Source of the DNA: Bdellovibrionota bacterium
Lineage (GTDB): Bacteria; Bdellovibrionota_C; UBA2361; JAAYZI01
Reading direction: 5' to 3'
Length of the DNA stretch: 64,000 nt
Assembly (NCBI GenBank): GCA_050950765.1
Contig: JBMNIF010000003.1
Coordinates: forward strand, 416,001 to 480,000
The translations under genes were made by a program, and so were the position numbers. Below are positions 40,893 to 51,113 of this stretch, piece by piece; position 1 is the first letter of the stretch; the number at the start of each line of letters is the position of its first letter. The notes under the pieces are model-generated. The model had not been told where the DNA came from. It worked only from the letters and a program-made list of their open reading frames with translations, and did not search any database.

Positions 40893-42188
40893 ATGGTCAA
40901 AACAAAGACAGAAGGTACGATATACATAAAACGATTAAAAAGAGTTATGTCAGCTTTAAAAAAAGAGGGTGGAGATGCTGCTCTTTTTTTAAGTAGTGCA
41001 CCTGAAGTCTCTCGCTCACGTGATGAAAACTATCCTTATAAACAACACTCCGATTTCTATTATTTAACCGGCTCAAAGCGTAAAGATACCGCTCTACTTG
41101 TTACGACAAAGTGTGATCAGCCAATAATTTTTGCAATCAAGGACGATCCTAAACAGATACTTTGGGAAGGGACGAGTGAAGATCCGGCTGAAATCGCCCG
41201 CCGTTGTGATGCAGAACTGGTTCTGTGTCAAGACATCTACACGGAGATACTTCCTGGCATGAATGGCATTGATGTTCTTTATTATCAGAACATCCCGAAC
41301 ACCATCGCATGGAATATTACAAAACGTATTATCAGCCAACCGTCTTGGTTAAGAGGTCCTCTACCGAGTAGGTTTAATCATAGCGATGTAATTTTGGAGC
41401 CACTACGCCTGATAAAAGATAGCTCGGAGATACAGAAGATTCAAAATTCGATAAACCTTACAGCTGCCTGTTTATATGGGATCATTCCACTTATAACAGC
41501 AGGTGCTACGGAAGGAGAGATACAGGCGGCATTTGATTATAATTTGCGTTTACGTGGGGCGTGCCCCGCTTTTAAAACTATTGTAGCGGCAGGTGCCTCC
41601 GCCTCCGTTCTGCACTATGACAAACATTCAGAGGTGCTCAAAAATAAACAATTACTGATGATTGATTGCGGTGCTGAGTATGAGATGTACTGCGGGGATA
41701 TTACTCGTACCTATCCGATCGGAGGTCGTTTTGAGGGTGTTCTAAGAGAGATTTACAGTATCGTTCTCTCCGCTCAAAAAGCAGCCATTGCGACGATAAA
41801 ACACGGCGTAAAAATGCAAAAAGTTTATGCAGCTGCTGCCAAGAAAATGATACGCGGCTTAAAAGATCTGGGGGTGTTAAAAGGTGACGAGCGTGATTTA
41901 TTTAAAAGTGGTGCTATTCTGCCATATTTTCCGCACTCTATCGGGCATTCTTTAGGACTTGATGTGCATGATATCGGTAAACTTCGCGCCGATAAGGAGA
42001 CGATCTTAGAAGCCGGTATGGTTATCACAGTTGAACCTGGTCTCTATTTTCAAAAAGCGCAAAAAGGTATCCCGCGATGCGGAATCCGTATTGAAGACGA
42101 TGTTCTCGTTACAAAAACTGGTCACCAGATCTTAGGCAACCCCATCCCGAAAGAGATAGCAGATCTTGAAGCACTAATGATCGGGTAG
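40893..42188 (+). CDS. pepP: Xaa-Pro aminopeptidase (M24B)
   Basis: Q.SDFYYLTG, LHY, DCG, GDITRT, HSIGHSLGLDVHD, TVEPGLY, GIRIEDD. Confidence 0.93.
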   Translation: MVKTKTEGTIYIKRLKRVMSALKKEGGDAALFLSSAPEVSRSRDENYPYKQHSDFYYLTGSKRKDTALLVTTKCDQPIIFAIKDDPKQILWEGTSEDPAEIARRCDAELVLCQDIYTEILPGMNGIDVLYYQNIPNTIAWNITKRIISQPSWLRGPLPSRFNHSDVILEPLRLIKDSSEIQKIQNSINLTAACLYGIIPLITAGATEGEIQAAFDYNLRLRGACPAFKTIVAAGASASVLHYDKHSEVLKNKQLLMIDCGAEYEMYCGDITRTYPIGGRFEGVLREIYSIVLSAQKAAIATIKHGVKMQKVYAAAAKKMIRGLKDLGVLKGDERDLFKSGAILPYFPHSIGHSLGLDVHDIGKLRADKETILEAGMVITVEPGLYFQKAQKGIPRCGIRIEDDVLVTKTGHQILGNPIPKEIADLEALMIG

Positions 42189-42221
42189 AATTTACTACTC
42201 CCATTCTGGGGAGGATCCCTT

Positions 42222-43710
42222 ACCCATTAGGGACGGCTGAACGGGCGCGACTGCAGAACGGGATCAGCTAGGTTTAGACGGAGGTCAAAGGTCTGTACGA
42301 GGGTCAAAAATTTGGTGCCACCCTTCAGGGACAGCTGGAACGGGCGCAATTGCAGAATGGGATCAGCTAGGTTTAGACGGAGGTCAAAAATTTGGTGCCA
42401 CCCTTCTTTTTTACCGCTTTGACAGCTTAAGCGACTGGATGAATTTGGTGCCACCCTTCAAGGACGATCGGACGGGCTGCAACTAAAAATCGAATCGGCT
42501 AGGTCTGTACGGGGGTTAAAAATTTGGTGCCACCCTTCAGTGCAGAATCTTGGCTTAAAAGGATAAAGTCTTTAAAATCAATATGTTAGCACCTAACTAA
42601 AAATGGTTAGTTTTGGTGCCACCCACTAGTAAAAGTGGGTGTCCTAATTGGCTGGCAGCGGGGCTTTGGATCTGGTGCCACCCTTCTTTTTTACCGCTTT
42701 GACAGCTTAAGCGACTGGATGAATTTGGTGCCACCCTTCAGGGACAGCTGGAACGGCGCGATTGTAGAATGGGATCAGCTAGGTTTAGACGGAGGTCAAA
42801 GGTCTGGACGGAGGTCAAAAATTTGGTGCCACCCTTCAGTGCAGAATCTTGGCTTAAAAGGATGAAGTCTTTAAAATCAATATGTTAGCACCTAACTAAA
42901 AATGGTTAGTTTTGGTGCCACCCACTAGTAAAAGTGGGTGTCCTAATTGGCTGGCAGCGGGGCTTTGGATCTGGTGCCACCCTTCTTTTTTACCGCTTTG
43001 ACAACTTAAGCGACTGGATGAATTTGGTGCCACCCTTCAGTGCAGAATCTTGGCTTAAAAGGATGAAGTCTTTAAAATCAATATGTTAGCACCTAACTAA
43101 AAATGGTTAGTTTTGGTGCCACCCACTAGTAAAAGTGGGTGTCCTAATTGGCTGGCAGCGGGGCTTTGGATCTGGTGCCACCCTTCTTTTTTACCGCTTT
43201 GACAGCTTAAGCGACTGGATGAATTTGGTGCCACCCTTCAGGGACAGCTGGAACGGCGCGATTGTAGAATGGGATCAGCTAGGTTTAGACGGAGGTCAAA
43301 GGTCTGGACGGAGGTCAAAAATTTGGTGCCACCCTTCAGTGCAGAATCTTGGCTTAAAAGGATGAAGTCTTTAAAATCAATATGTTAGCACCTAACTAAA
43401 AATGGTTAGTTTTGGTGCCACCCACTAGTAAAAGTGGGTGTCCTAATTAGCTTGGGCGGGCTGATACTAAAAAATGAATCAGCTAGATTACGACGGGGGT
43501 AAAAAGTGGGTGTCCTAATTGGCTGGCAGCGGGACTTTAGATCTGGTGCCACCCACTAGGGACGGCAGAATGGGCTGTAACTAAAAACCGAATTGGCTAG
43601 GTCTGTACGGGGGTCAAAAAACTGGTGCCACCCTTCAGGGACGGTTGAACGGACGAGATTGCAGAATGGGATCGGCTAGATCTCTACGGAGGTAAAAAGT
43701 GTCACCCTTT
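42222..43710 (+). repeat. Modular intergenic repeat array 2 (GGTGCCACCC core) with higher-order repeats
   Basis: 18 cores counted between 42314 and 43624; 299/201/299-bp higher-order units; between convergent pepP and aas. Confidence 0.95.
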
Positions 43711-43762
43711 GGCTAGTCAAGCTAGCCTAGAGGGTGATGCACCAGCCACACTAGATCTTTAA

Positions 43763-46075
43763 TTAATCTTTAGTTGCCACCTCTAAAGCCAGTTGTTTAG
43801 AACCCTTTAGATCCAACTTACCGCTACCAAGTAATGGGATATGATCGACACGGTAATAATCCTCAGGCTTCGGGATCCAGATATTAGGAAGTCCTCTCTC
43901 TGCCAACTGTTTTGACAACATTCTGGGATCTATATCATCAAGAATGTGCAAAACTACCAGCCTTTCACCACGTTTAGCATCAGGTACCCCCATCACCACA
44001 CAGACTCGATCTATTCGATCTAAGATCTCATGCAATATCTCTTCAGATTTAATATGCGGTATCATCTCACCAGCAATTTTACTGAAACGGTTTAAGCGAT
44101 CTGTAATATGAATAAAACCATCAGCATCACATACTGCGATATCACCCGTACAATACCAAGAGTCTTTAACGACCTCTTTAGTTAGATCTTCACGTTGATA
44201 ATATCCCATCATAACATTCGGACCCTTAACGTATAATAAGCCTTCTTGATTAGCTCCCAACTCTTGACCGGTCGTAATATCAACAACCTTTACGGTTATC
44301 TGCGGCATAGGTCTACCAACTGTACCTTCCTTAAATCCAACCTGTCCTTTCCAATATCCGGAAACATCGTGCAAATTTACAGAAACAACAGGGGCTGTCT
44401 CTGTACAGCCGTACCCCTCATAAATATTAAGTCCAAACTTCTGATAAAAATCCACAGCAACTTTGCCTTTTAATTTCTCCGCTCCTGAAACTATTGTTTT
44501 AAGAGAAGCAAACTGTTCTTTGGTACATTTCTTAATATAGTTCGCTATAAAGGTCGGAGTTCCGATTAAAAGGGATAGCTTATGCTCTTCAATCGCTTTT
44601 CCTATTGTAGCGGCTTCAAATGGATTGTGATGATAGACCACTTTAAAACCTGCTAGAATCGGCATCCACAAAGCAACTGTATACCCGAAAGAGTGGAAGA
44701 ACGGTAAAATCGCCATCAAACCATCTTTACGATTTAGACTTAAAGCGGAGATAAAGGCCTCAGCATTTGAAGTGATATTATAATGCGAAAGCATCACCCC
44801 TTTAGGCTCTCCCGTGCTACCGCTAGAAAAAATTAACGTAGCTAGATCATCTCTCGAAGGTTTATCTGAGAAGAAAAGTTTTTCCAAAACAACTCTCGGG
44901 AATAAGAGGGTAATTATTTCGTAGCATAATTTTTTAAAACGTTCAGGTCTCTCTATTATATCCTCGACAAAAAGCATCGATTCCGATGGCTGCTTGCCAA
45001 GTTTATTTAATAACTCTCGTGCAGTGATGATTGTCTCCATCCCTGTTTGTTTTTTTACAGACTCAATAAACTCATCAGGCACAGTGTAATTTAAATTAAC
45101 AGGAATCTTACCTACAAAGTATAAAGCGATATTGGTCAAGGTTGACTGAACAGAGGGTGGCAACATCACTCCGACAAACTTCGATGAAGATTCGCGCAAT
45201 TCCTTCTTTAATTTTCTACTCAATAGCAATGCTGCAGCCAACACTTGCAGATAATTTAATTTAAACCCATTAGCATTCGCCATTGCAAAGCGAAACGGAG
45301 ATCTCGAAGCCGTTTTCAGAAACGCTAGCGGCAAAACGCCAAAGACCTCTTTTCTATAACATGCCACATCAGCCCCCAACTCCTGCACTGCACGCCGTGC
45401 TTCATACGGAGTCGCTGCTTCTTTTATCGGAGCGCCGAAAGCAACCGTCATCGGATACGGTATCTCTTGCGGCAATGTACAACGAATATTACTGTTAAAT
45501 AAATTGCATTTTATGCCCCAAACTTTATCCAGATAAACTGGGATCACCGGAGCATCACTATTTTTTCTAATCCACCTAAAACCACTAGTAAACGGCAACA
45601 TATTACCAACTCGTTGCACATGCCCTTCTGCAAAGATAACTATCAGTTCACCGTTTCTAACGGCTTGTGCAGCTTCACCAAGTGACTTAAGGCTTTCTCG
45701 AGTACACTTAGCTGGAATCGGGATGACACGCATTAATTTTGTTAACGGTTTTATCAACGGTTTATTAGCGATCCGCTCATAAACTAAAAATCGCACAGGA
45801 CGTTTTATTACCGCTGCCAATATCAACGGGTCAAAATACGAAACGTGATTACAAACTAAGATAGCTCCTCCGCTCTGAGGGATATTTTCATCACCTACAA
45901 TTTTCAGTTTGTAAATAAAGCGGATTATCAACCAATTCATTTTGGTAATAAAAAAACGTGGACAGATCAACAGAGCTGCAAGCACAAGAGCAGCTAGGAC
46001 AGCCATTGTTTCCAGTAAAATCCCAAAATAAAAAAGAACAATTAAAAGTATTTCAATAGTAGCAACAATTATCAT
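43763..46075 (-). CDS. aas: Aas-like lysophospholipid acyltransferase / acyl-ACP synthetase (copy A)
   Basis: NHVSYFD (HX4D), FAEG; AMP-binding FSSGSTGEPKGV, YEGYGCTE, TGD, GSGKLD. Confidence 0.88.
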   Translation of the reverse strand: MIIVATIEILLIVLFYFGILLETMAVLAALVLAALLICPRFFITKMNWLIIRFIYKLKIVGDENIPQSGGAILVCNHVSYFDPLILAAVIKRPVRFLVYERIANKPLIKPLTKLMRVIPIPAKCTRESLKSLGEAAQAVRNGELIVIFAEGHVQRVGNMLPFTSGFRWIRKNSDAPVIPVYLDKVWGIKCNLFNSNIRCTLPQEIPYPMTVAFGAPIKEAATPYEARRAVQELGADVACYRKEVFGVLPLAFLKTASRSPFRFAMANANGFKLNYLQVLAAALLLSRKLKKELRESSSKFVGVMLPPSVQSTLTNIALYFVGKIPVNLNYTVPDEFIESVKKQTGMETIITARELLNKLGKQPSESMLFVEDIIERPERFKKLCYEIITLLFPRVVLEKLFFSDKPSRDDLATLIFSSGSTGEPKGVMLSHYNITSNAEAFISALSLNRKDGLMAILPFFHSFGYTVALWMPILAGFKVVYHHNPFEAATIGKAIEEHKLSLLIGTPTFIANYIKKCTKEQFASLKTIVSGAEKLKGKVAVDFYQKFGLNIYEGYGCTETAPVVSVNLHDVSGYWKGQVGFKEGTVGRPMPQITVKVVDITTGQELGANQEGLLYVKGPNVMMGYYQREDLTKEVVKDSWYCTGDIAVCDADGFIHITDRLNRFSKIAGEMIPHIKSEEILHEILDRIDRVCVVMGVPDAKRGERLVVLHILDDIDPRMLSKQLAERGLPNIWIPKPEDYYRVDHIPLLGSGKLDLKGSKQLALEVATKD

Positions 46076-46132
46076 CGAAATAAAAAATCCTAAAAAACAT
46101 TTACAATATTAAACACTACAAAAAAAACGATT

Positions 46133-48463
46133 TTAAGCACTTGCCTTTTTCTGACTCGCCAACTCTAACGCCATCTGCTTTGCTTTCCTTAAATCTAATT
46201 TACCACTTCCCAGAAGCGGCATCTCTTCCACCCTATAATAATCCTCCGGCTTCGGAATCCACAAGTTCGGCAAACCGTGCTCCGACATTAACTTTGAAAG
46301 GTGTCTCGGATCAATCTCATCTAGCAGATGTAATACTACTAGGCGCTCTCCTCTCTTACCATCAGGCACACCAGTCACAACACAAACTCGTTCAGACTTA
46401 TCAAGCAACTCATGAAAAAGCTCTTCTGCTTTAATATGCGGCACCATTTCACCAGCAATCTTACTAAAACGACTTAAACGATCCGTTATTTTAATAAAGC
46501 CTTCATCATCACACATCGCGATATCGCCCGTGCAATACCAAGAGTCTTTCATTACCTCGCGCGTCAAATCTTCCCTACCCAAATACCCCATCATTACATT
46601 AGAGCCTTTAATGTATAGAAGCCCTTCCTGATTAGCTTCAAGCTCCTCTCCCGTATCTACATCTAAAATCTTAGCTGCTATCTGCGGCATTGGTCTACCA
46701 ACTGTGCCTTCTTTATAGCCGAGCTGTCCTTTCCAATATCCAGAAACATCTTTTAAATTTACGGAAACTACCGGTGAGAGTTCTGTGCAACCGTAACCTT
46801 CATGAATATTAATCCCGAATTTATCGTAAAAATCGACAGCCACACCTTTCTTTAACTTTTCAGCGCCAGCGATCGCTAAGCGCAGATACGAAAACTGTTC
46901 CTTAGTACATTTTTTAGTATACGCAGCAAAGAAAGTAGGCGTTCCAACGATTAAAGTCACCTTATGATCTTCCATAGCTTGTCCAATGGTGCTCGCATCA
47001 AAGGGACTGAAATGATAAACGACTTTAGCTCCAGATAATAGCGGCAACCACAAACAGACTGTAAAGCCAAATGAATGAAAAAACGGCAAGATGCCTATTA
47101 ATGTATCCTTACGCCCGATATGCAAAGAAGCTAAAAAACTCTCAATATCAGAAGCGATATTATCATGTGACAACATCACGCCTTTGGGTTCGCCTGTACT
47201 ACCACTTGAGAAAACTAAGGTTGCCAAATCATATCTCGACGGCTTTTCCGTTAGATAAAGTTTCTTAATCAGAAACTGCGGCATCAGCAAAGCGATAGAG
47301 ACATGTTTCAATTTCTCCCAAGTAGACAGCCCTCCTAAAAGATCTTCTAAAAAGAGCATTGAAGGGAGCGCCTGCTTATTAAGTTTTTCTAAAAATTTTT
47401 TAGAGGTGACAATCGTCTGCATCCCCGTTTGCTTTTCTACTGAAAGTAAAAATTTATCAGAAGCTGTATAATTTAAATTAACAGGTATTTTTCCTATGAA
47501 ATACAGGGCGATATTGATCAACACGGCCTCTACGGAAGGTGGCAACATAATCCCGACAAATTTAGATTCAGATGGTGGAATAGTCTGCTTTAAAATCTTT
47601 GCAGAGAGTAATGACATCCCTAGCACCTGCATATAATTCAAACTACGTCCTGTGGCGTTCGCCATCGCCTTGCGAAAAGGAGCTCGCTTGGCAGTCCTCA
47701 AAAAAGCTAAGTGCAATACCTGAAAAACTTCTTTTTTATACGGTGCAACATCAGCTCCCAATTCCTGAACGATACGACGTATTTTATAGGCACTACACTC
47801 TTCTTTAATGGGTTCTCCAAAAGCCACTGTCATCGGATACGGCAACTCTTTTGGCATATTGCAATGAAACTTTCCTTCAAAGAAAACCCAGTTTGTCCCC
47901 CAAACGCGATCAATATAAACAGGAATTATCGGAGCATTGCTTTCTCGTCTGATACGGTTAAAGCCGGTTGTAAATGACAACATCGTACCGACTCGTTGCA
48001 CATGTCCTTCAGCAAAGATAACGACTAATTCTCCGTTTTTTACAGCGTCTGCGGCCATATCTAAAGCTCGTACGCTATCTCTATTACATTTTGCTGGGAT
48101 CGGAATCGCCTTGACAGCTTTCGCTATAGGTTTTACGAACCATGTGTTATAAATCGCATCATACACCAAAAAACGAACAGGTCTGTTCATAGAAGCGGAT
48201 AGAATCAACGGGTCTAAGTAAGAAACATGATTACAAACAAGGATTGCTCCGCCATCTTTCGGAATGTTTTCAAGACCTATAATTTTTAACTTATAAACGA
48301 TCCTGATAATAAATCGGGTCAACGCCAAGATCGTACGTTGCGGAGCAATAACAGCGCATAACACCACTATCAAAGTTATTATTAAAAGTGTCTGTAATAG
48401 AATTCCTAATTTTAATAAAAGTAGGAGTAGTGCAAGGGGAAGTAGAAGTATAATTATAGTCAT
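46133..48463 (-). CDS. aas: Aas-like lysophospholipid acyltransferase / acyl-ACP synthetase (copy B)
   Basis: NHVSYLD, FAEG, FSSGSTGEPKGV, EGYGCTE, GSGKLD; collinear paralog of copy A. Confidence 0.88.
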   Translation of the reverse strand: MTIIILLLPLALLLLLLKLGILLQTLLIITLIVVLCAVIAPQRTILALTRFIIRIVYKLKIIGLENIPKDGGAILVCNHVSYLDPLILSASMNRPVRFLVYDAIYNTWFVKPIAKAVKAIPIPAKCNRDSVRALDMAADAVKNGELVVIFAEGHVQRVGTMLSFTTGFNRIRRESNAPIIPVYIDRVWGTNWVFFEGKFHCNMPKELPYPMTVAFGEPIKEECSAYKIRRIVQELGADVAPYKKEVFQVLHLAFLRTAKRAPFRKAMANATGRSLNYMQVLGMSLLSAKILKQTIPPSESKFVGIMLPPSVEAVLINIALYFIGKIPVNLNYTASDKFLLSVEKQTGMQTIVTSKKFLEKLNKQALPSMLFLEDLLGGLSTWEKLKHVSIALLMPQFLIKKLYLTEKPSRYDLATLVFSSGSTGEPKGVMLSHDNIASDIESFLASLHIGRKDTLIGILPFFHSFGFTVCLWLPLLSGAKVVYHFSPFDASTIGQAMEDHKVTLIVGTPTFFAAYTKKCTKEQFSYLRLAIAGAEKLKKGVAVDFYDKFGINIHEGYGCTELSPVVSVNLKDVSGYWKGQLGYKEGTVGRPMPQIAAKILDVDTGEELEANQEGLLYIKGSNVMMGYLGREDLTREVMKDSWYCTGDIAMCDDEGFIKITDRLSRFSKIAGEMVPHIKAEELFHELLDKSERVCVVTGVPDGKRGERLVVLHLLDEIDPRHLSKLMSEHGLPNLWIPKPEDYYRVEEMPLLGSGKLDLRKAKQMALELASQKKASA

Positions 48464-48748
48464 AGGACAATACTAAAGATAAAAAAACCACACATACCTT
48501 TGAGCTGATATCAGATCAATTCATCTTTAAAAAAGTTCTAAATAAAAAATCCAAATAAAACAGAGCATCTCGCCTTCAAAATAACCCCAGCAGATAATTG
48601 AAGGACATACAAGCTAGCGGCTATTATATTGATTAACGAGATCCTTAATTCTATCTATCTTATTTCGCTTTAAACCTAAACTCCCCCGAAATTATACAAG
48701 GGTGATATTTTTATTCACAAACTCCCTTGAAATTATACGAGAGGGAGT

Positions 48749-50356
48749 TTATTTATTTTTTGCAAACAATGTCCTGACAAAATCTCCTTCATCCATATCA
48801 AACAAAGTGAGTATATCTTTTTGTTTTCTAGAAAGAGGTGCCATGAGTTTCGTTTCTCTATCGTTATAATTTACTTTTCTTACTTTCCTCATTTCATTGA
48901 GAAGTTTTTTCGTTGAGGAAACCGGCTTTTTACTTTCTGTTCCCAAATGATTACATAAATCTGCTTGCAAGATTTGAGCTAAAAAGCCTATGAAGAACTT
49001 TCCTTGCGTACTTTGGTCGTTGTGGGTTCTGAATCTTGAGAAATCAATATTGTTTTTCATGCTGTCATAATTTTTTTCAATTCGATCTCTTTGTCTATAC
49101 AGGGTTAAAACTTCTTCCCAACTCAATGCTTCCACATTGGTTAAAATCCCGAACATGCCTAAGATCTTCCAGCTTTCAGTAATTGCTGTAAGATCTTTTT
49201 CATAGCTTTTCAAGATTTCATTTTCTACTTCGGTATTGAAATAGGAGAGGCGTTTCTTTCTTTTCTTTTTCCCTAAGGATTTCGTCAAAGCCTCTTCATC
49301 TCGTTTTAATTTTGCTCCAAAAATCACTTCTTCATCTCTGGCTTTTTCCGTGTTGAAATATGAGCACGCATAGAGCCGATGTCCCTCTATGTCAACTTCT
49401 TTTTTATGCCCATAGCATTCCAATTCGACTGAATAGTTCTCAGCTGAACGTATATGATCCGCTTCGTTGAGTAAAATTGCTTCATAGATGTTTTGGCTAC
49501 TTGGAAAAGCTATGATAAATTGAATGCCTCCATCTCCGTGAAGCAAGTCTAAGTTGTTGCTTGTGATAAATCCTCGATCCATAATGAAGATAACGGAACT
49601 TAAGCCAAACTCCTTGGCTAAGTTGAGCATTGACCCAATATGAACCTTGTCGGGAATTGACCCATCATAAAGTTCATAGCATAAGGGTAAATTCAACTTT
49701 TGTGAATAAAGCAAACCGACGTTGATTTGCTCTAATTTTTCATGGTCTCGATTGTAGCCCATCTGAGCAAATTCAAGATTTTCACTATATGTGGAAATGC
49801 TTGTAACGTCATAAGCGACTACATCGTTTTTCGTTTTATTCAAGTCGATCCATGTTTTAAAAAACTCCCAAATTTTCTCCTTGGAAATCCATTGATACAC
49901 TTCGTTCAAATGTTTTTCGGATACAAAGCAATCAAAAGGCAGATCCGAAGATTCGTAAAAATCATCCAGATACATCATCACATTTCCTTCACAAACCATG
50001 TAAAAAGCTGTTGTCAGAAGTTTTTGATAATCCTCCGGAAATACTTCTTTAAGAGCTTTTGTTAATTGCAACTCCTCAGCTCTCTCATTGAGCAGGTGAG
50101 TATGACCTGAATCTAAAAACTTATTCACATTTTTTTCTCTTGGATGCGGCAGGTTAAACAAATCAAAATAATGGTCATTAGGAAACATAGTTTTCGGTTC
50201 TTCTTCGTTTAATCTTCCGATCGCCTTATCTCTATGTGACCAATTTCCATTTTTTGTCTGGTAATGCTCGTAAATGTAGTAGACATAGCGATGGTTTCCT
50301 GATTTTTTGATAGAGGTTTTTTGTGGAACATCAACTGTATTTTTATAAATTGCCAT
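48749..50356 (-). CDS. IS1634-family DDE transposase
   Basis: YDVTS, GYNRD, G...D, MDRGF..N, Y..R..IE....K; likely start is ATG at 50356. Confidence 0.9.
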   Translation of the reverse strand: MAIYKNTVDVPQKTSIKKSGNHRYVYYIYEHYQTKNGNWSHRDKAIGRLNEEEPKTMFPNDHYFDLFNLPHPREKNVNKFLDSGHTHLLNERAEELQLTKALKEVFPEDYQKLLTTAFYMVCEGNVMMYLDDFYESSDLPFDCFVSEKHLNEVYQWISKEKIWEFFKTWIDLNKTKNDVVAYDVTSISTYSENLEFAQMGYNRDHEKLEQINVGLLYSQKLNLPLCYELYDGSIPDKVHIGSMLNLAKEFGLSSVIFIMDRGFITSNNLDLLHGDGGIQFIIAFPSSQNIYEAILLNEADHIRSAENYSVELECYGHKKEVDIEGHRLYACSYFNTEKARDEEVIFGAKLKRDEEALTKSLGKKKRKKRLSYFNTEVENEILKSYEKDLTAITESWKILGMFGILTNVEALSWEEVLTLYRQRDRIEKNYDSMKNNIDFSRFRTHNDQSTQGKFFIGFLAQILQADLCNHLGTESKKPVSSTKKLLNEMRKVRKVNYNDRETKLMAPLSRKQKDILTLFDMDEGDFVRTLFAKNK

Positions 50357-50419
50357 ATCAATCACCCTTGTATATATTATACACAATAGGGAGGAAAATA
50401 TCAAGAGAGTTTTTTAAAA

Positions 50420-50465
50420 AAATATCGCATAAAAGCTCGTAAAAATGAGCGTTTATGCGATATTT
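50420..50465. other. Long inverted repeat inside the IS, upstream of the transposase
   Basis: AATATCGCATAAA-AGCTC...GAGC-G-TTTATGCGATATT. Confidence 0.6.
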
Positions 50466-50737
50466 GAGTCGCTAATAATAGCTACAGTGTATAAAAAACG
50501 GGGATTTTAGGTTTAAAATGCAGATCATCGAAAAACCACACGACAAAAAGCTTCAGATCTTTATTAAAAAAGCTCTAAAAAGTCGAAGCTTCTTATAACT
50601 GAAACTTTATTTGATAGTAACCCTTGCAATCCCCTAAGATGATTTTTAGCGACTGTCTAAAAAGATCTGTTGAGATAATATCTTGAAATAACTAATTTTT
50701 TCTAAATATTCAAATTAGAGCAACCATTCTTCCAAAG

Positions 50738-51072
50738 GTGGCACCGCCACCCTTCAGGGACAACTGAACGGGGTGATACTAAAAAATAAGTCAACTAGAT
50801 TACGACGGAGGTTAAGAGTGGGTGTCCTAATTGGAGAGCGAGATCGGTTAGGTTTCGACGGAGGTTAAAAATTTGGTGCCACCCTTCAGTGCTAAAAGAC
50901 TCTAAAATTGCAATAGTTAGTAATATCAGTATGTTAGTAAAAGCTCAGAATTCGGCAGTTTTGGTGCCACCCAACAGAGGGGAGCCGCCACCCACTAGGG
51001 ACAATTGAACGGGGTGATACTGCAAAACGAACTGGTTAGATTTCTACGGAGGTTAAAAGGTGGGTGTCCTAA
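50738..51072 (+). repeat. Modular repeat array 3
   Basis: Cores at 50875 and 50963 (88 bp apart), degenerate cores near 50745 and 50985, GTGGGTGTCCT at 50818 and 51060. Confidence 0.9.
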
Positions 51073-51113
51073 AAAGAAGAAAGTATCTACACTCGGGGGT
51101 CAGGAGGTCGACA

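Larger units (their letters stand above)
48675..50511 (-). mobile_element. IS1634-family insertion sequence, 1837 bp
   Basis: Imperfect TIRs: CCTAAACTCCCC at 48675 and GGGGATTTTAGG ending at 50511. Flanked by the direct repeat TTTAAA (48669-48674 and 50512-50517). Confidence 0.88.

Noticed and set aside
42227..43365. Short ORFs within repeat arrays (42227-42454, 42635-42865, 43135-43365; also 5881-6066, 51005-51226, 55281-55463)
   Set aside because: By-products of repeated DNA; frames are not preserved across module orders and there is no clear RBS
48675..51072. IS1634 as the mobiliser of the repeat arrays
   Set aside because: Its TIRs and TSD share no sequence with the core or modules, and the other four loci have no IS nearby
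51060..51113. N-terminal extension of manC in the ORF track
   Set aside because: It begins inside a repeat motif; ATG 51114 has an AGGAGG RBS and matches the family start
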